DNA of 64,000 bases from Eledone cirrhosa. Its lineage: Eukaryota. The position numbers and the translations under genes were made by a program. Under the pieces are notes generated by a model. The model was given only the letters and a program-made list of their open reading frames with translations. It made no database searches and had not been told where the DNA came from. Of this stretch, positions 13,329-25,216 are shown piece by piece. Positions within the stretch are counted from its first letter, which is position 1; each line of letters opens with the position of its first letter. The DNA lies in NCBI GenBank assembly GCA_964016885.1, contig OZ024745.1, positions 122,078,001 to 122,142,000 of the forward strand. Reading direction: 5' to 3'.

Positions 13329-13727
13329 ACCATTTTTTGCCCCATATCCCACAACATCTAAAATCATTGGATGTTCCTCCACCTTAATATTAAAATATTT
13401 CATGTCAAAAAGATATAAAATTAAAAAAAATTGTCCACCAATACCCCTCCAAATCAAATGTGCCCCACTTTCAGAGTCATTGAAATAACCTTTGCCTGTC
13501 AATATTCAGGTGTTCTCTATGATCATTTAACTAGCTTTCCATGCTAGTCCAACCCTTTCTATCGGGGAAAGTGGATGTTGAATGATGATATCAAACACTC
13601 ACTAGAACCAGATGCAGTTTTAGGTGGTTTGGTATGGAAAATGTTAAAGGAAATTAAAAAAATTACAAACATTATATTGAATTGATGTATATAATCATAT
13701 TGTATTTCTTTTGTTACTTTCTTGTAG

Positions 13728-13988
13728 ATCACAACTTAGAAGAAGTTGTAGACCTTGATTTTTTCTACAGATATGAAGAAAAGGAAGTTTGTTATGAGCG
13801 TGTGGCCAACGGACAGTTCCGGTATTGTTATGATTCCGCCCATCATCTGGCTCGGCAATTATTAGAATTTAAGACAGATGAAGCAAACATTAAATTAGCT
13901 GTTGAAAATGAAGACCTTTCTACATTGGATGTTAGATTAAGGAAAGCTCTTCAATATATAGCCTCTACAGAAGGCTGGCCTTCTGAAG
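13728..13988 (+). CDS. AKAP13: AKAP13/ARHGEF28-like RhoGEF, exon B
   Basis: Pyrimidine tract plus tag| at 13727; donor |gtaata at 13989; 261 nt, phase 1/1. Reads DHNLEEVVDLDFF...FRYCYDSAHHLARQLL...DLSTLDVRLRKALQYI..W, like AKAP13 'GHDCCETV..FHFVQD.AY..AQFL...LD.KL..AF'. Confidence 0.85.
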
Positions 13989-14024
13989 GTAATAGCTATT
14001 TTCCAATATTTTTTTTTTCTTTTC

Positions 14025-14059
<35 letters not shown>

Positions 14060-14060
14060 T

Positions 14061-14243
14061 GGCAGTATCAGTAGAGGGTCGGACGCCATGCTTTCAAGCA
14101 TAGTTACGACCCTTTATGGTCTGAGTTCAAATCCCACCGAGGTTAACTTTGCCTTTCATCCTTACGGGGTCGATAAAATAAAGTACCAGTAATGCACTGG
14201 GTAATTGCTGGCCTTGTGCCAAAAAGTAGAAACAATTATTATT
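14061..14243 (+). mobile_element. tRNA-derived SINE family A
   Basis: A-box-like ggcagtatcagtagag, B-box gagttcaaatccc, conserved body and (ATT)n tail. Confidence 0.85.
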
Positions 14244-14289
14244 ATATATATATATATAATATATTGAATGTTGCTTTGGCACATTTTTC

Positions 14290-15125
14290 CAGTTCAAACT
14301 TCAAAATAAATCCCACTGAAAAATACCCCAGTTAATACTTATGCTGCTGCAATTTATAATACCATGACTGTGTGATAATGATAGGTTTGTATTCCATATA
14401 GACATGTTGTATTTCAGGAAGTTTGATATTATTGGGTAAATCTTCAGAATATCCAAAGTTTTCAAAATCCATGTGTAGGGACCACTGTCAAATGCTTTCT
14501 TATAGTCAATCCAAGCAGTACTCAGATTTCTATACTTTTTATGACAGTTCTCCAGAATCATACGGTTAATGAGAAGTTGATCTTTGTACCTGTATGACCC
14601 TCAGCGACAACCTTTCTGCTCAATAGGGAATAGATGATTTTCATCCTTAAATTTGTAGGTTGTCTCAGTCAAGGTTGATGTGAAAATTTTGTATCATGTG
14701 GGAGGCAAGTGATAGGGCGATAAACGTTTTGGAGTAATTATTTTCAACTTTGGAAATGGATATGTTATACCTTGTGCAAACCAATCAGGGTTTTTTTCAG
14801 GGTTGCGCATGATTTCATTATAACATTTTACCAACATATCATGGGTAGAAGTTAGAGAAGATAACCAGAAGTTTGGCACTTTATCAACGCCAGGGGATTT
14901 CCATTTGTTGGCTCTTAGTGCCAACTCCAGTTCTTCCATAGTTTTGTCTTACCAAGTTTGTCTTACCAAGTTTGTCTTACCAAGTTTGTCTTACCAAGTT
15001 TGTCTTTCTAAATTATTGTATTTTTCTTCCATGTTCTTTGTCCATTCTGCATTTGCATTATGAGATTTTTCTGTACTCCATACTGTTTTCCAGAATTCTT
15101 CAATTTCATGAAGGAGGTTCCTTTA
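14290..15125 (-). mobile_element. R4/Dong-like (RLE-type) LINE RT fragment
   Basis: KWKSPGVDKVPNFWL and LSTAWIDYKKAFDS.PYTWI. Contains a 14-bp tandem expansion at 14941-15005. Confidence 0.7.
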
Positions 15126-15126
15126 C

Positions 15127-16720
15127 TTGAATTGTCTGTGTCCTAATTTCCATATAAAGCCGTTTCACATCAGACATAAACAGCTTATTTTGCCTCTAAA
15201 ACCTATTTCGCCTCTAAAACCTATTTCGTTTTTCAAATCTTCTGACTCTTTGAGCTTTCAGCTGAACTTTCTGTTAGTTGATCCCAAGCAGATGTGTGCA
15301 GCCTTTCAGCAGCACTTCGCTCAACTGTTCAGGAGCAGTGGTGGGCCGTATTACAGATTGGAGGTTAGTCCTTATGTCAGTAGCCTGCTGCAGCTCTCAA
15401 CAACAGAGCGGAGTACTGCCAAAGGCCGATAACTGCCGCTGAGATATGGGAGGCAATGACTGGCTGCATGAGGGGTAAATCGCCTAGTTTGGATGTTCTG
15501 CCCTATGAGTTTTACGTACACATGCCAGACTTCTTCGGTGACAGATGTCTGCTGCAACTAGCAGCAGAACGGAAGAATTCCCAGTTCTGTGAGCCAAGGA
15601 GTATAGTGCTGCTGAGAAAAAACCTGAACAAAGGGCACAACATAGATAATTTCAGGCCCCATAACTGCTGAATGCAGAGTTCAAAATTTTGGTTGATGTA
15701 TTAGCAATGAGATTGGCGCTTGTCGTCAGGAGTCTTGTAGGAGAGGCGCAGACATGCGCCATTCCAAACATATCCATCCACCATTCCAAACAGATCCATC
15801 CACAACAACCTCCACCTCATCATGGAGAGAGTAGCTAAGGAACCTGGTGATCAATTTAGATCAATTGAAAGCATTCAATACGGTCGACCATCAATACCGG
15901 ACAGCCACTCTGAGGACAGCTAGCTTTGGGCCCATTTTTAGAGGGTGGGTCACTGCTATACACAGCGACATCTCTGTGGTGAGAGTGAATGGTCACCTTT
16001 TGGGACCATTCAACATCATGCTCTCGGTCTGCCAAGGTTTCCCCCCCTTGTCCCTGTTGTATGTATTGACTCTAGAACCATTACTGCACAAACTGGAGAC
16101 TTTGAGGGGGCATCCTGTGCAAACTGGGATGTGGAGAACCATGTTAGCTTATGGCAACAACATCACTGTAGTGGTGTTGAGTACTAAACACTACTCCGAG
16201 AGCATATGAGGTGGTGACAGGAGCAATGATTAACCAGGAAAAGTCGGTGGCTTGCGGCCTGGCACTTGCTGAGGCAGGTCCATATCATGCAACAGCATCG
16301 TCAGGTGCTGGATGGACTGACCTGTTAAATTGCTAGGGGTTTGGTTTGGTCTGGACCTCCAGACAGATAAAAACGAGGTGATGAACAGGGTGCCTTCTCT
16401 CACCCAGAAATGGGTCAAGTGGAGGTGGCGAACGTGTACATCACGTCTGCCATCTACTACCACTTGACCGTCGTGCCTTGTCCTAAGCCTTGTCTGACTG
16501 TTCTGGAATGTTTGCTTTTATAGAAAGAATGCACTCCGATGGTCAGACTCTCTATCTGCTGTCAACACCTGCTACATGGAAGACTGGGCATGGCGTGGCT
16601 GATGATTTTCAGAAATGCGCTAAGGCTACGACATCTCCAGATCTTCCTTGACGGTGAACAGGTGTGGTTACCTTTCACTAGGCACAGTTTTCCCTAGCTC
16701 GTCTCCTTGACATTTTTTCA
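15127..16720 (+). mobile_element. L1/Tx1-like LINE RT fragment, degenerate
   Basis: KSPSLDVLPYEFY, DNFRP, LDQ.KAF..VDH, SVCQG.P.S.LLY.L.LEPL. Confidence 0.75.
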
Positions 16721-16910
16721 CACTCAGAGTTGCTGAAGCATGAAACAAACTACTTGCATCAGTTGTTAGCTGTAGGGACACTGCATCCTTCAAAACTTCC
16801 ATGCTTCCCGAAATTCACCTACACTATACCTGATATTCCTCCTCCAGACACATGCATGTGTCTGTGTGTATATCATGACTCATACACTGTTCCTTTCCTG
16901 ACATTTGTAC

Positions 16911-17103
16911 AGGGCGGTGGATTAGCAGTATCGGTAGGTCGGACGTCATGCTTTGCAGCATAGAGTTACGACCCTTTACGGTTTGAATTCATATACCGCC
17001 GAGGTTTACTTTGCCTTTCATCCTTACAGGGTCGATAAAATAAAACACCAGTAACGTACTGGGGTAGTTGCTGGCCCTGTGCTAAAAGTAGAAACTGTTA
17101 TTA
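16911..17103 (+). mobile_element. tRNA-derived SINE family A
   Basis: Full family-A consensus. Confidence 0.85.
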
Positions 17104-17259
17104 TTAGTCTTAAATGTTTTATGTATTTATTTGTTCATTAATTTTTCTAGTCATTTCATTCTTACTTGTTGAATGGGTTCTATGGTCTGTTTTACTGTGG
17201 GAATATATGCTGCTTCTGGTGGCGTGTTACAATGAGCTATGTGGAAGGCTGGGTTTGAC

Positions 17260-17543
17260 TGGGTTGGTTGGGTGGGTGTGTGTGTGGCTGGGTAGGTGTG
17301 TGGCTGGGTGAGTGTGTGGCTGTGTGGTTGGGTGGTTGTGTGGCTTGTTGTTGTTTGTTGGGTGGGTGTGTGTGTGGCTAGGTGAGTGTGTGGCTGGGTG
17401 AGTGTGTGGCTGGGTGGGTGTGTGGCTGGGTGAGTGTGTGGTTGGGTGGTTGTGTGGCTTGTTGTTTGTTGTGTGGGTGTGTATGTGGCTAGGTGAGTGT
17501 GTAGCTGGGTGGGTGTGTGGCTGGGTGGGTGTGTGGGTGGGTT
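17260..17543. repeat. GT-rich compound minisatellite (gggtg.gtgtgtggct)
   Basis: Direct inspection. Confidence 0.85.
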
Positions 17544-17825
17544 AGTGTTTGCTATTTTTTTGTTACTATATTTATATTGAAATACAGTGGCTATGATTTT
17601 CAATTAATTTTGAAAATAATGAATTTGGAGAGATTTAGTAATATAACTAACTTTCTTCATTACCAAGTTGTTTTGGAACATTACAAATGTTCTCGTATGA
17701 TGGAAAGTTTTTAGATGAATATAATCACTTTAAAACAAGCAATTTTATATCATAGAACCAGCGGCAGTTTCAGATGGTTTGGTATGAGAAGGGTTAAGAG
17801 GCAGAACCATTCACTAAAGTTATGT

Positions 17826-17885
17826 CACACACACACGCACACACAGACATACACACACATACACACACACAGACACACACACACA

Positions 17886-17941
<56 letters not shown>

Positions 17942-18200
17942 GACAGACAGACAGACAGACACACACAGACACAGACACAGACACAGACACTTCTGTATAC
18001 TTCTGACTGCTTAGTCAACTGGGTGTGCTTGGGCTACTGTTGTCATGGCAACCTACATACTAAAAACACATTATTGCAATTTTGAAAGAACTGCTTTCTC
18101 AGAGAGTGAGAGTAGGGGAGGGAGAGGGAGAGAGGGAGGGGCAACTTATATAGATAACAGAAAAAGATTGAAGGAAAGAGAGAGAGGACACAGACAAACT

Positions 18201-18251
<51 letters not shown>

Positions 18252-18340
18252 AGGGCAAGTTATATAGATAACAGAACAAGATTGAAGGAGAGAGGGAGAG
18301 AGAGACATACAAACTGACAGAGAGAGAGAGAGAGAGAGAG
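17826..18340. repeat. (CA)n/(CAGA)n and (GA)n microsatellites with a ~115-bp duplication
   Basis: Direct inspection. Confidence 0.9.
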
Positions 18341-18810
18341 TGTGATATATAGATAATAAAGAGATTGAAAGAAAGGGTGGCTAGTTACTAGTAAGTAACC
18401 AGTTGAGATTTCTTTGAGTTTCCAAAGCCATATCATGTAAGTCTTAACATTTTTTTGTTATATAGGTTTAGAAGAAAATTCTAATATTGAATATGGCAAT
18501 ATACAAGCTGGTCAGTGGTGTCTTCTACTGGTTTCAGTTGTTTGACTGTGGCCATACTGGGGCACTGTCTTCCAGAGATTTAGTTGATCACATTGACCCC
18601 CAGTACTTTTTCATGTCTAGTACTTATTTTATCAATCTCTGTTGTGTAATCTGCTGTTATGGGAGATATAAACAAATAGTAAACATACACATCCATCCAC
18701 CCCTACCTATCTACATACATACATGCATCCATACATAATGGTCATGATGATGATGATGATATATATATATTTATATTTAAAAATGTGTGAAATCCTTGGT
18801 ACAGTTAGTT

Positions 18811-18970
18811 ATGTTTGAAAAAAAGGAAAAGAATGACTTCACTTGTAGTTGGTGTTCTAAACAATTTAATTTTACAATGTAAATCTAATAGCAAAATTGT
18901 AAAATTATAAAATTAAATTGTTTCGAACACCAACTACAAGTGAAGCCATTCTTTTCCCTTTTTCAAATAT
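18811..18970. mobile_element. foldback MITE (long inverted repeat, ~65-bp arms)
   Basis: aagaatgacttcacttgtagttggtgttctaaacaatttaatttta is the near-exact reverse complement of taaaattaaattgtttcgaacaccaactacaagtgaagccattctt. Confidence 0.8.
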
Positions 18971-19504
18971 ATATATATATGCCTTATACAGGGACTAAAC
19001 CATATTTGTTGTGTATTATTTGCTTCAGCTTGATCATGCATTAACCCCACTTTGTCTGTGTTTGGCTTGTATTGATGTGGTGCCTGTCTATATACAGGTT
19101 TAGCACCCCTGGTACACGTAGTTCCATAACCTACTGGTATACCCTGATTATGTATACTACGAGGAGGAATAAAATCCCCTTTGAACTTTCTGAAGGTACC
19201 TTAGGGATCTCTTAGTGTTTCTATAACTCTAGGTCATGCGAAACTAAATAACCTGTTCTATATAGTGACCAAAGAAAATCATATATCATTTGTAAACAAT
19301 TATCAATGTATTTCTACTTTAGGTTTTATTATCTTTTATGTGAACCTAGTGTAATTGAAATCTTGTTATTTTAAATAAATATTTTTAAGCACAATCTGTA
19401 CTCATGTAAAATACTACCACTTTCTTTTTTTGCTCTTAATTTTAGTTAAAAATTTCTTGTATTATAATTATACATGTGAAAATATGGAAGTCCTTTCATT
19501 TCAA

Positions 19505-20762
19505 TCATCATCATCATCGTTTAACGTCCATCTTCCACGCTTGCATGGGTTTGGATGGGAGTTTTCCCACTTGAGGCAAGAGTGGTTGTTTTGCTCGCAT
19601 AGGACTGTCTGGCGGGTTTTCTATGGCTGGATGCCCTTCCTAACACCAACCACGTTTACAGTGTGGACTGGGAGGTTTTTACCGTGTTACCTACACGGTC
19701 ACATTACAGCGTGGACTGTGTTTTTTTGTCGTGGCACCTACACGACCTCATTTGTTTCGGACTGGATGTTGTGGTACCAACATAACTTTACATTGAAAGG
19801 GGTGGTGTGGATGGGGTGGGGGTAGTGGGATGGGGGTGTATTTTGTTAGCGGTGCCTACTGACTCTAGTAGGTTTCACTTTGTACTTAGGTAAGGCGGGT
19901 CTTCTGTAATAGTGTGTAGCGCCAAAGATCTCGGTCCAGTGACATTGTCTTGGAGAGGTGTAAGTGTGTGAGGTCGGAATTTATCAAGTCGTCCCAGGTT
20001 TTTCTGGGTCTGCCTACTCCGTGGCTACCGTCTATTTTTATCGCCCTGCACTTTTTTATACAGCTGTCGTCTTTCATGCGCATCACGTGACCATACCAAC
20101 ATAGTCTTCTCTCGAGTAAACAACATCTGATCCCTCTTATTTCTAATTTTTCCCTTAGTTCGTTTATGCTTTGCCGTTCACGTATATTACTATTACACAT
20201 CCAGCGGAGCATGCAAGCTTCGTTCCTCTCCAGTCTGCGTATATCCTCTGCACACAATGCCCAGGTTTCACTGCCATGTAACATTGCTGTTCGTATGCAG
20301 GCATCATACAGCCTGCCTTTCATTTTTAGAGAGAACCCTTTAGCGGCTAATAGTGGTATAAGCTCTCTGAACTTTTTCCATCCAGTTCTGACTCTAGCTA
20401 CCGTACTTTCAGAGCACCCTCCACCACTGCTGATTTTGTCACCCAAGTAACGGAAGGTGTCCACTATTTCTATAGAACCATCTGTACAATGGAATGAGCT
20501 AGTATTCTGTGGGCACTTGCTGCTACTTATTGCACCAGAGCACCGGCCACATATAAAATCTATGTTCTTAGTTAGCTTACCTGTGATACTACTACATCTT
20601 TTATGCACCCATACTTTGCATTTGGGACATAAAATGGAGTTTCTACCTACTCCTTTCCTACACACTGAGCATGGCCATTTCCCGGATGGGACCGGTGGCC
20701 TATTTTCCTTCCTACAAACTAGAACTTTAGTCTTAGACAGGTTAATTTTAAGACCTTTTGAC
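19505..20762 (-). mobile_element. RTE LINE 3' portion (PHD-like finger, C-terminus, 3' UTR)
   Basis: ORF 19886..20665 is homologous to the C-terminus of ORF 4213..5679; (GAT)n tail at 19505. Confidence 0.92.
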
Positions 20763-21016
20763 CCACCACAATATTATACAAAAAATATTATTTTTTTATC
20801 TTTGATATTATTGATGGATTCAATTTTCTTTGTTCTTTCATTCTTCCTTCCTTTATTTCTATCTTCCTTCTTTCCCTATTGAGGTCAAATTTGTTAAAAA
20901 TTATCAAACCTATATCAGATTTAGATAAGAGCTGTTTTCAATCTCAATTCAAATTGTTTCTTTTCAATTTCTATCTGACATACTTGAAATTGTGACATTT
21001 TTGTGTCTGTGTTTAT

Positions 21017-21188
21017 CTGGGATCAGTTGAGCCGACTCCAACCAATGGAATCCAGATCAATTCAAACAGCACATTAACCTGGGATCAGTTGAGCTGACTC
21101 CAAACAGTGGAATCCACATCATTACAAACAGCACATTAACCTGGGATCAGTTGAGCTGACTCCTACCAGTGGAATCCAGGTCAACTGA
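21017..21188. repeat. 62-bp tandem repeat, ~2.7 copies
   Basis: ctgggatcagttgagc.gactcc starts at 21017, 21079 and 21141. Confidence 0.9.
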
Positions 21189-21779
21189 ACATGAAATGTC
21201 TCCCATGTTGGCTTGTTTTTTGTGTTCATGGCAATAGGAATGATGTTAACTGTTTTGTGCCAATCTATATATTAGTTGGTTGTTTGCTTAAAACACACCA
21301 TGCCTTTTTCACATTAAAAATTGAAGTCTTTAGCCTGAAACTATAAATTTTTACAATGATCTGTTCACTAATAAAGATATTAAAAGCATTTGATCTGTAT
21401 ACTAATAAAGATATTATAAACATTTGATTAAAAAAAAACATTCTAAAATATTTTTTGCTAAATCATTACAGTTGCCCTAGAACCTCACCTGATTCTATGA
21501 TACAAAAATCTTGTATTAAAGTATTTATATTTATCTTAACCTTCCCGCATAATTCTGTATTTCAACATTTATCAAATTATGTTCCAAGACCTATCTTAAT
21601 GGAGAAGTTAGTTAATTTACTAAAACTTTCCAATTGTTGATTATTTTCAAAATCATTTGAAACACATAGCGAGTGTTTTTCATTGTTGTTGTTGTTGTAT
21701 ATTTACCCTTTTCATTTTCTTTATAGCTTCTTGTCGTAATGACTTGGTTTATTCTCAATGGTGATTTTTATCATTTCAG

Positions 21780-21963
21780 GAAAAACTGCAGCTTGTGATA
21801 AACTCCTTGATTTTGCTGCTTACTTTGGGCTACCACAAGTGACAAGCCTAGTGCTTACAGAATTAGGAACTGAAGTGATACATATTACCAACTCAAAGGG
21901 ACAAACTCCAAGAGATGTTGCCCTTGCTCAAGGGCACAATCATATAGCTGATCTATTAGCATT
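21780..21963 (+). CDS. AKAP13: AKAP13/ARHGEF28-like RhoGEF, exon C (ankyrin-like repeat)
   Basis: tttcag| at 21779 and |gtaagt at 21964; phase 1 to 2. LLDFAAYFGLPQVTSLVL...NSKGQTPRDVALAQGHNHIADLL is an ankyrin-type motif. Confidence 0.88.
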
Positions 21964-22035
21964 GTAAGTTGTTTTTCTTTCTATGCATGTAGTTATATTG
22001 TAATTAAATATGTTTCATTATTAGACTAGCAGCAA

Positions 22036-22226
22036 GGGCGGTGGATTGGCAGTATCAGTAGAGGGTCGAACGCCATGCTTTCCAGCATAGTTACGTCCCT
22101 TTACGATCTGAGTTCAAATCCCGCCGAGGTTGACTTTGCCTTTCATCCTTACGGGGTCGATAAAATAAAGTACCAGTAATGCACTGGGTAATTGCTGGCC
22201 TTGTGCCTAAAGAAGAAACAATTATT
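22036..22226 (+). mobile_element. tRNA-derived SINE family A with 18-bp TSD
   Basis: Flanked on both sides by attattagactagcagca. Confidence 0.9.
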
Positions 22227-22379
22227 AGACTAGCAGCAGATCAGTGAATTGGTGGAATCACTACAGCTTCAGACATGATTTGTAATATCTCTTTCAGCTC
22301 TTTATATTCTGAGTTCAAACCCCACTGATGACAACTTCGCTTTTCAGCCTTCTTGGGTTAATAAAATAAAGTACCAACC

Positions 22380-23690
22380 CTTACCTATGGTCATGGATCT
22401 CGGGTAATGACCGAAAGAATCTGATTGTGAATAGAAGTGGCTGAAATGGGGTTCCTCCGAAGGGTCTTTGGAGTAACATTACTCGATAGAGTGCATAACT
22501 CAGAGATCAGAGAGTCACTCCAGGTAGAGCCGCTACTTCTCTGAATTGAGAGATCACAGCTCCGATACTAAGGACATGTGGTTAGAATGTCTTAGAAAAG
22601 GATCGCTGGACAGATTTTACAGGCAAAACCAACCGGCAGGAGACCCAGGGGTAGACCCCAAGCAAGATGGTTGGATAACATCCGTGAATTTGGCTGGTTT
22701 CACTTGAGGATCCAGCCGGATCAGTTGGAGACAAGTGCTATCAAATTCTTGGAAGGTTCCATAGAAGCAGTTGATAGCTTCTGTAATTAGCAGTGGATGT
22801 GGGTGTTCTGTAAGTACAGTAGCCAGAGTGAGGATGGGATGGAAAAAGTTTAGGGCACTACTACCACTGCTAACTAGAAAAGGTTTTTTTTCCTTGAAAT
22901 GAAGAGCAGATTGTATGATGTATGTGCATGAACAGCAATGTTACATGCAAAGATTGGTAAAAAAATGAAGCTGGCATGCTTTGTGTAATATATGAGAAGT
23001 AAAGCATAGATGAATTGAAAGAGAAACTGGGTATAAGAGGGATCAAATGCAGCGTGCAGAAGAGGAGAATGCACTGGTATGGACATGTGATGCGTATGAA
23101 GGATGACAGCTTTATAAAAATGTGCAGGCTGCTCAAAGTTGATGGAAGCTATGGAGTAGGAAAACTTGGAATGAGGTGCTTACACAATTGCACTTCTCTA
23201 AGATGATGACACAGGGCCGAGATCTCTGGCATTATGCCATAATACAGAAGACATGCCTTCCCATGTGCTTAGGTTGAAGCATACATCTAGTATACACCAC
23301 TTTCCCTTTCACACACCTCCCGCATCCTAACACTTCACCATTCATCCACATACCATTAGATAAGTGCCCCAACTTAGATCTACATTTCCAATCTCCATGT
23401 ATCTCCCCCACCCCAGCCTCCAGTGCACACTGTAAAGTAGTAGTTTTGGTGCCACAACAAAAGGTGCCCAGTCCACACTGTAAAGTGGTCATCTAGGTGT
23501 CATAATACAAAGCACCCAGTTCACTCTGTAAATGTGACTGCCATTAGGAAGGGCATCCGGCCGTAGAAACCAAGCCAAAATCAGTTCTGTTAGAGCAAGA
23601 CATGGTCATCTGATTTGACTTGTCTCATAACGGGACAACTCATCTAACCCATGCTAGCATGGAAAAATGGATGTTAAGTGGTGATGATGG
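22380..23690 (+). mobile_element. two abutting RTE-clade 3' fragments (Expander-like, then the PHD-RTE family)
   Basis: AEMGFLRRV.GVTLLDRV.NSEIRESL.VEPLLL.IERSQL, followed by RMGWKKFR..LPLL and a (GAT)n tail. Confidence 0.8.
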
Positions 23691-23723
<33 letters not shown>

Positions 23724-23803
23724 AACAGAAATAACAACACAATCGGTACAGTATATGGAAGAAGGTATATATTAGGTTAACTCTTGATATAGCAGGAAGA
23801 GGG

Positions 23804-23839
23804 TCTTAACGTTTCAGACGCTAGTCCTTCATCAGAAGA
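23804..23839 (-). ncRNA. minimal type-I hammerhead ribozyme motif (family 1, copy 1)
   Basis: Minus strand reads TCTT CTGATGA A GGAC tagc GTCT GAAAC GTT AAGA. Confidence 0.7.
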
Positions 23840-24263
23840 AAGAATGAGAAATAAGATAGATTGAAGGGAGAGGTGGGGTGGAATTGGATATATATTTGTG
23901 TCATTTATATGTGCCAATCTATTTACAAATCCATGTGTCCAGTTTTCTACAACTGGACCCTCTTCTAAATGCCAACCATTTTACAGGATATACAGAGTAC
24001 ATTTTATCATGTCACCAGCACTAGAGAAGTTATTATGTATTTGGCAAGACTTGACAGTCCTCTCTATCCTATATTGTTTCCTTTCATTTGTAATATATTT
24101 ATATATTCATTTTACACTAATGCGAATTAGCCTACATAAAATGATATTATTTCCTCTCATATATATCCCCCCCCCCTGCCGCCACCACCCTATCTTAACT
24201 ACCCCCCCCCCCCTCACCTCAAGTCGTCTGTAATTATACTGTGTCTGCTATTGAAACGTTAGT

Positions 24264-24313
24264 TCTTGTCTGATAACCCTGTGATAAACAGGTGAAACTC
24301 CAGAGTAACAAGA
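24264..24313 (+). ncRNA. type-I hammerhead ribozyme motif (family 2), core mutated
   Basis: TCTTGT CTGATAA c CCTG tgataaa CAGG t GAAA CTC ca GAG TA ACAAGA. All three helices pair; AATAAA lies at 24330. Confidence 0.6.
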
Positions 24314-24348
24314 TTCACTTGTTAGCTTTAATAAAATGAATATATGTA

Positions 24349-24390
<42 letters not shown>

Positions 24391-24471
24391 GGTAAACAGA
24401 AATAACAACACAATTGGTACAGTATATGGAAGGTATATATTAGGTTAATGCTTGAAATAGCAGGAAGAGGG

Positions 24472-24507
24472 TCTTAACGTTTCGGATGCTAGTCCTTCAT
24501 CAGAAGA
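24472..24507 (-). ncRNA. minimal type-I hammerhead ribozyme motif (family 1, copy 2)
   Basis: Minus strand reads TCTT CTGATGA A GGAC tagc ATCC GAAAC GTT AAGA. Confidence 0.7.
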
Positions 24508-24581
24508 AAGAATAAGAAATAAAATAGATTGAGGGGACGGGCGGGATGTAATTGGAAAAAATGTCTTTAGATAAAAATAAC

Positions 24582-24618
<37 letters not shown>

Positions 24619-24716
24619 TATATATGTATATAAAAGGTAAACAGAAATAATAACACAATCGGTACAGTATATGGAAAGTATATATTAGGTTAATGCTTGA
24701 TATAGCAGGAAGAGGG

Positions 24717-24752
24717 TCTTAATGTTTCAGACACTAGTCCTTTATCAGAAGA
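24717..24752 (-). ncRNA. degenerate hammerhead motif (family 1, copy 3)
   Basis: Minus strand reads TCTT CTGATAA A GGAC tagt GTCT GAAAC ATT AAGA. Confidence 0.55.
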
Positions 24753-24945
24753 AAGAATGAGAAATAAGATAGATTGAAGGGATGGGCGGGGTAGACGTTA
24801 AACGATGATAATGATAATATATATATATGTATATTTATATATATATATATATGTATATCTATATGTGTATATGTATATATTTAATGGATTGCAATCTTAC
24901 GTTACTGTTGGTTCACCAACTTGAGCACTTGATGCATAGGTTTAT

Positions 24946-25161
24946 TTAACCCTTTAGCATTTAAACCGGCCATATCCGGCCAGAATTCTACCTCCTTTCT
25001 CTTTTCAAACTGGCCATAACTGGCCGCTCATACTGTTGTTAAGGTATAGTTCCCAAAATAAATAACATCAAAATCTTGTAGATTCAATATTATGTGAGAT
25101 AAAGCCTTTACCATGAAAATACAATAGTGTGTATAGAGTAATGTAAATGCTAAAGGCTTAA
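24946..25161 (+). mobile_element. piggyBac-type MITE family 1
   Basis: TTAA-ccctttagcattta ... taaatgctaaaggc-TTAA: TIRs and TTAA target duplication. Confidence 0.85.
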
Positions 25162-25216
25162 GAATAGTACATGGTGTTATACATTTGGTGTTATACTATG
25201 GACAGTTTCCTTTAAA

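Noticed and set aside
22036-22130. tRNA gene suggested by A and B boxes
   Set aside because: It is the head of a multi-copy SINE with a body, tail and TSD; no proper cloverleaf is evident.
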